64,000 nt of DNA. Source: Mayamaea pseudoterrestris (lineage: Eukaryota). Shown piece by piece: positions 58,701-64,000 of this stretch (position 1 is its first letter; each line of letters begins with the position of its first letter). The stretch is from the NCBI GenBank assembly GCA_027923505.1, contig BROI01000010.1:930001-994000 (forward strand). The letters are read 5' to 3'. A program made the position numbers and the translations under genes. The notes under the pieces were generated by a model that saw only the letters and a list, made by a program, of their open reading frames with translations, searched no databases and was not told the DNA's origin.

Positions 58701-61700
58701 CCATGGGTACGGCCTCCACGGTGGGTATGGCCAACACCACAAGTTGTGATTCTGACCTGTCAAACGCCCCATGCCCTGGCCACCCAAATACCCAATGAGT
58801 CAGGCCAAACATGTCCAGGGTATGCCATTGACAGGTGCAGAGTCTCAAATGGTGCAAAAGGACTGCCTGGAGGCTGACACCATGGGTACGGCCTCCACGG
58901 TGGGTATGGCCAACACCACAAGTTGTCGATTCTGACCTGTCAAACGCCCCATGCCCTGGCCACCCAAATACCCAATGAGTCAGGCCAAACATGTCCAGGG
59001 TATGCCATTGACAGGTGCAGAGTCTCAAATGGTGCAAAAGGACTGCCTGGAGGCTGACACCATGGGTACGGCCTCCACGGTGGGTATGGCCAACACCACA
59101 AGTTGTCGATTCTTACCTGTCAAACGCCCCATGCCCTGGCCACCCAAATACCCAATGAGTCAGGCCAAACATGTCCAGGGTATGCCATTGACAGGTGCAG
59201 AGTCTCAAATGGTGCAAAAAGGACTGCCTGGAGGCTGACACCATGGGTACGGCCTCCACGGTGGGTATGGCCAACACCACAAGTTGTCGATTCTTACCTG
59301 TCAAACGCCCCATGCCCTGGCCACCCAAATACCCAATGAGTCAGGCCAAACATGTCCAGGGTATGCCATTGACAGGTGCAGAGTCTCAAATGGTGCAAAA
59401 GGACTGCCTGGAGGCTGACACCATGGGTACGGCCTCCACGGTGGGTATGGCCAACACCACAAGTTGTCGATTCTGACCTGTCAAACGCCCCATGCCCTGG
59501 CCACCAAAATACCCAATGAGTCAGGCCAAACATGTCCAGGGTATGCCATTGACAGGTGCAGAGTCTCAAATGGTGCAAAAAGGACTGCCTGGAGGCTGAC
59601 ACCATGGGTACGGCCTCCACGGTGGGTATGGCCAACACCACAAGTTGTCGATTCTGACCTGTCAAACGCCCCATGCCCTGGCCACCCAAATACCCAATGA
59701 GTCAGGCCAAACATGTCCAGGGTATGCCATTGACAGGTGCAGAGTCTCAAATGGTGCAAAAGGACTGCCTGGAGGCTGACACCATGGGTACGGCCTCCAC
59801 GGTGGGTATGGCCAACACCACAAGTTGTCGATTCTGACCTGTCAAACGCCCCATGCCCTGGCCACCCAAATACCCAATGAGTCAGGCAAAACATGTCCAG
59901 GGTATGCCATTGACAGGTGCAGAGTCTCAAATGGTGCAAAAAGGACTGCCTGGAGGCTGACACCATGGGTACGGCCTCCACGGTGGGTATGGCCAACACC
60001 ACAAGTTGTCGATTCTGACCTGTCAAACGCCCCATGCCCTGGCCACCCAAATACCCAATGAGTCAGGCAAAACATGTCCAGGGTATGCCATTGACAGGTG
60101 CAGAGTCTCAAATGGTGCAAAAGGGCTGGCCTGGAGGCTGACACCATGGGCACGGCCTCCACGGTGGGTATGGCCAACACCACAAGTTGTCGATTCTGAC
60201 CTGTCAAACGCCCCATGCCCTGGCCACCCAAATACCCAATGAGTCAGGCCAAACATGTCCAGGGTATGCCATTGACAGGTGCAGAGTCTCAAATGGTGCA
60301 AAAAGACAAGTTGTCGATTCTGACCTGTCAAACGCCCCATGCCCTGGCCACCCAAATACCCAATGAGTCAGGCAAAACATGTCCAGGGTATGCCATTGAC
60401 AGGTGCAGAGTCTCAAATGGTGCAAAAGGACTGCCTGGAGGCTGACACCATGGGTACGGCCTCCACGGTGGGTATGGCCAACACCACAAGTTGTCGATTC
60501 TGACCTGTCAAACGCCCCATGCCCTGGCCACCCAAATACCCAATGAGTCAGGCCAAACATGTCCAGGGTATGCCATTGACAGGTGCAGAGTCTCAAATGG
60601 TGCAAAAAGGACTGCCTGGAGGCTGACACCATGGGGTACGGCCTCCACGGTGGGTATGGCCAACACCACAAGTTGTCGATTCTGACCTGTCAAACGCCCC
60701 ATGCCCTGGCCACCCAAATACCCAATGAGTCAGGCCAAACATGTCCAGGGTATGCCATTGACAGGTGCAGAGTCTCAAATGGTGCAAAAAGGACTGCCTG
60801 GAGGCTGACACCATGGGTACGGCCTCCACGGTGGGTATGGCCAACACCACAAGTTGTCGATTCTGACCTGTCAAACGCCCCATGCCCTGGCCACCCAAAT
60901 ACCCAATGAGTCAGGCCAAACATGTCCAGGGTATGCCATTGACAGGTGCAGAGTCTCAAATGGTGCAAAAGGACTGCCTGGAGGCTGACACCATGGGTAC
61001 GGCCTCCACGGTGGGTATGGCCAACACCACAAGTTGTCGATTCTGACCTGTCAAACGCCCCATGCCCTGGCCACCCAAATACCCAATGAGTCAGGCCAAA
61101 CATGTCCAGGGTATGCCATTGACAGGTGCAGAGTCTCAAATGGTGCAAAAAGGACTGCCTGGAGGCTGACACCATGGGTACGGCCTCCACGGTGGGTGTG
61201 GCCAACACCACAAGTTGTCGATTCTGACCTGTCAAACGCCCCATGCCCTGGCCACCCAAATACCCAATGAGTCAGGCCAAACATGTCCAGGGTATGCCAT
61301 TGACAGGTGCAGAGTCTCAAATGGTGCAAAAAGGACTGCCTGGAGGCTGACACCATGGGTACGGCCTCCACGGTGGGTATGGCCAACACCACAAGTTGTC
61401 GATTCTGACCTGTCAAACGCCCCATGCCCTGGCCACCCAAATACCCAATGAGTCAGGCCAAAACATGTCCAGGGTATGCCATTGACAGGTGCAGAGTCTC
61501 AAATGGTGCAAAAGGACTGCCTGAGGCTGACACCATGGGTACGGCCTCCACGGTGGGTATGGCCAACACCACAAGTTGTCGATTCTGACCTGTCAAACGC
61601 CCCATGCCCTGGCCACCCAAATACCCAATGAGTCAGGCCAAACATGTCCAGGGTATGCCATTGACAGGTGCAGAGTCTCAAATGGTGCAAAAAGGACTGC

Positions 61701-62290
61701 CTGGAGGCTGACACCATGGGTACGGCCTCCACGGTGGGTATGGCCAACACCACAAGTTGTCGATTCTGACCTGTCAAACGCCCCATGCCCTGGCCACCCA
61801 AATACCCAATGAGTCAGGCAAAACATGTCCAGGGTATGCCATTGACAGGTGCAGAGTCTCAAATGGTGCAAAAAGGACTGCCTGGAGGCTGACACCATGG
61901 GTACGGCCTCCACGGTGGGTATGGCCAACACCACAAGTTGTCGATTCTGACCTGTCAAACGCCCCATGCCCTGGCCACCCAAAAACCCAATGAGTCAGGC
62001 AAAACATGTCCAGGGTATGCCATTGACAGGTGCAGAGTCTCAAATGGTGCAATAAGGACTGCCTGGAGGCTGACACCATGGGTACGGCCTCCACGGTGGG
62101 TATGGCCAACACCACAAGTTGTCGATTCTGACCTGTCAAACGCCCCATGCCCTGGCCACCCAAATACCCAATGAGTCAGGCCAAACATGTCCAGGGTGTG
62201 CCATTGACAGGTGCAGAGTCTCAAATGGTGCAAAACGGACTGCCTGGAGGCTGACACCATGGGTACGGCCTCCACGGTGGGTATGGCCAA
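52758..62290. repeat. Satellite A (181-bp monomer), main array; indel-rich to ~55.6 kb, near-identical thereafter
   Basis: ORF-track starts recur every 181 bp (55668, 55849, 56030, 56211). Confidence 0.97.
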
Positions 62291-64000
62291 CACCACAAAT
62301 TATGGAATCATACCACTACAATGCCCCATGCCCTGGCCACCCAAAAACCCAATGAGTCAGGCCAAACATGTCCAGGGTATGCCATTGACAGGTGCAGAGT
62401 CTCAATGGTGCAAAAAGGACTGCCTGGAGGCTGACACCATGGGTACGGCCTCCACGGTGGGTATGGCCAACACCACAAGTTGTCGATTCTGACCTGTCAA
62501 ATGCCCCATGCCCTGGCCACCCAAAAACCCAATGAGTCAGGCAAAACATGTCCAGGGTGTGCCATTGACATGAGGATGGGCTGAAATGGTGCAAAACGGA
62601 CTGCCTGGAGGCCTACACCATGGGCCCACAGTGGGTGTGGCCAACACCACAAATTATGGAATCATACCACTCAAATGCCCCGTCCCCTGGCCACCCAAAA
62701 ACCCAATGAGTCAGGCAAAACATGTCCAGGGTGTGCCATTGACAGTGCGGGGTCTGACATGGTACAAAACGGACTGCCTGGAGGCTGACAGCATGGGATG
62801 GTCTACAAGGTGGGTATGGCCAACACCCCAAATTGTCGAATCATACCACTACATTGCCCCATGCCCTGGCCACCCAACAACCCAATGAGTCAGGCAAAAC
62901 ATGTCCAGGGTGTGCCATTGACATGCGGTTGGGCTGAAATGGTGCAAAACGGACTGCCTGGAGGCCTACACCATCTACAAAATGGGTGTGGCCAACACCG
63001 CAAATATGGAATCAACAAAGCCCCGTCCGCAACAACCCAATGAGTCAGCAAAACATGCCAGGGTGCGCAGAGGATGGCATGGCATGGTACAAAACGGACG
63101 CCAGGCCACAGCAGGAATGGCCACAAGATGGGTGTGGCCAACACCCCAAATTATGGAATCATACCACTACAATGCCCCATGCCCTGGCCACCCAACAACC
63201 CAATGAGTCAGGCAAAACATGTCCAGGGTGTGCCATTGACATGAGGATGGGCTGAAATGGTGCAAAACGGACTGCCTGGAGGCCTACACCATCTGCAAAA
63301 TGGGTGTGGCCAACACCGCAAATTATGGAATCATACCACTACAATGCCCCGTCCCCTGATCACCCAACAACCCAATGAGTCATGCAAAACATGTCCAGGG
63401 TGTGCCATTGACATGAGGATGGTCTGACATGGTACAAAACACGGACTGCCTGGAGGCCTACAGCATGGAATGGTCTACAAGATGGGTGTGGCCAACACCC
63501 CAAATTATGGAATCATACCACTACAATGCCCCATGCCCTGGCCACCCAACAACCCAATGAGTCAGGCAAAACATGTCCAGGGTGTGCCATTGACATGAGG
63601 ATGGGCTGAAATGGTGCAAAACGGACTGCCTGGAGGCCTACACCATCTGCAAAATGGGTGTGGCCAACACCGCAAATTATGGAATCATACCACTACAATG
63701 CCCCGTCCCCTGATCACCCAACAACCCAATGAGTCATGCAAAACATGTCCAGGGTGTGCCATTGACATGAGGATGGTCTGACATGGTACAAAACGGACTG
63801 CCTGGAGGCCTACAGCATGGAATGGTCTACAAGATGGGTGTGGCCAACACCCCAAATTATGGAATCATACCACTACAATGCCCCATGCCCTGGCCACCCA
63901 ACAACCCAATGAGTCAGGCAAAACATGTCCAGGGTGTGCCATTGACATGAGGATGGGCTGAAATGGTGCAAAACGGACTGCCTGGAGGCCTACACCATCT
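62291..64000. repeat. Satellite A-variant forming an alternating 172/180-bp dimer; runs off the window end
   Basis: CCAACACC anchors at 63138, 63310, 63492, 63664 and 63844; diagnostic AAATTATGGAATCATACCACTACAATG and GACATGAGGATGG. Confidence 0.9.

Noticed and set aside
34871..64000. Many short ORFs in the repeat region
   Set aside because: They recur at 169/181/352-bp periods that are not multiples of 3 and shift frame each unit; they are by-products of satellite sequence.
34871..64000. CRISPR-like or repeat-spacer array
   Set aside because: Units are whole-monomer tandem repeats with no unique spacers, there are no cas genes, and the context is eukaryotic.
34871..64000. Tandem 5S rRNA, snRNA or tRNA gene arrays, or telomere repeats
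   Set aside because: I recognised no Pol III boxes, T-run terminators, structural RNA motifs or short telomeric repeats in the monomers. A covariance-model search would be needed to exclude them fully.

Overview
Eukaryotic nuclear DNA, very probably from a diatom (inferred from short GT-AG introns, bipartite plastid-targeting leaders with an AF-type cleavage motif, and a copia RNase H end resembling diatom CoDi elements). Bases 1 to ~34.4 kb are compact and gene-dense: a tandem sulfotransferase-like gene, a predicted thylakoid-lumen protein, a MerA/Lpd-like disulfide oxidoreductase, a PKDCC-like membrane kinase, an intron-containing tRNA-Tyr, USP39, MRPL46, a NUMOD3-like protein, FIS1, a ZIP transporter, a 2Fe-2S protein, NAA35, SART1, an ankyrin/TRP-like channel and ATG4. 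About 450 bp upstream of the ATG4 start codon the sequence switches abruptly to more than 29 kb of nucleosome-sized satellite DNA running to the window end, in the order A(181 bp), B(169 bp), A, C(352-bp dimer), A, A-variant (172+180=352-bp dimer). Two same-orientation Ty1/copia insertions sit in satellite B (330-bp TG..CA LTRs, 5-bp target-site duplications, PPT, RNase H tail). Their primer-binding site is not the usual TGG-type site but complements a tRNA-Asn(GUU) anticodon arm ending at tRNA position 40, suggesting half-tRNA-Asn priming. Parts of the repeat region look mis-assembled or error-rich.
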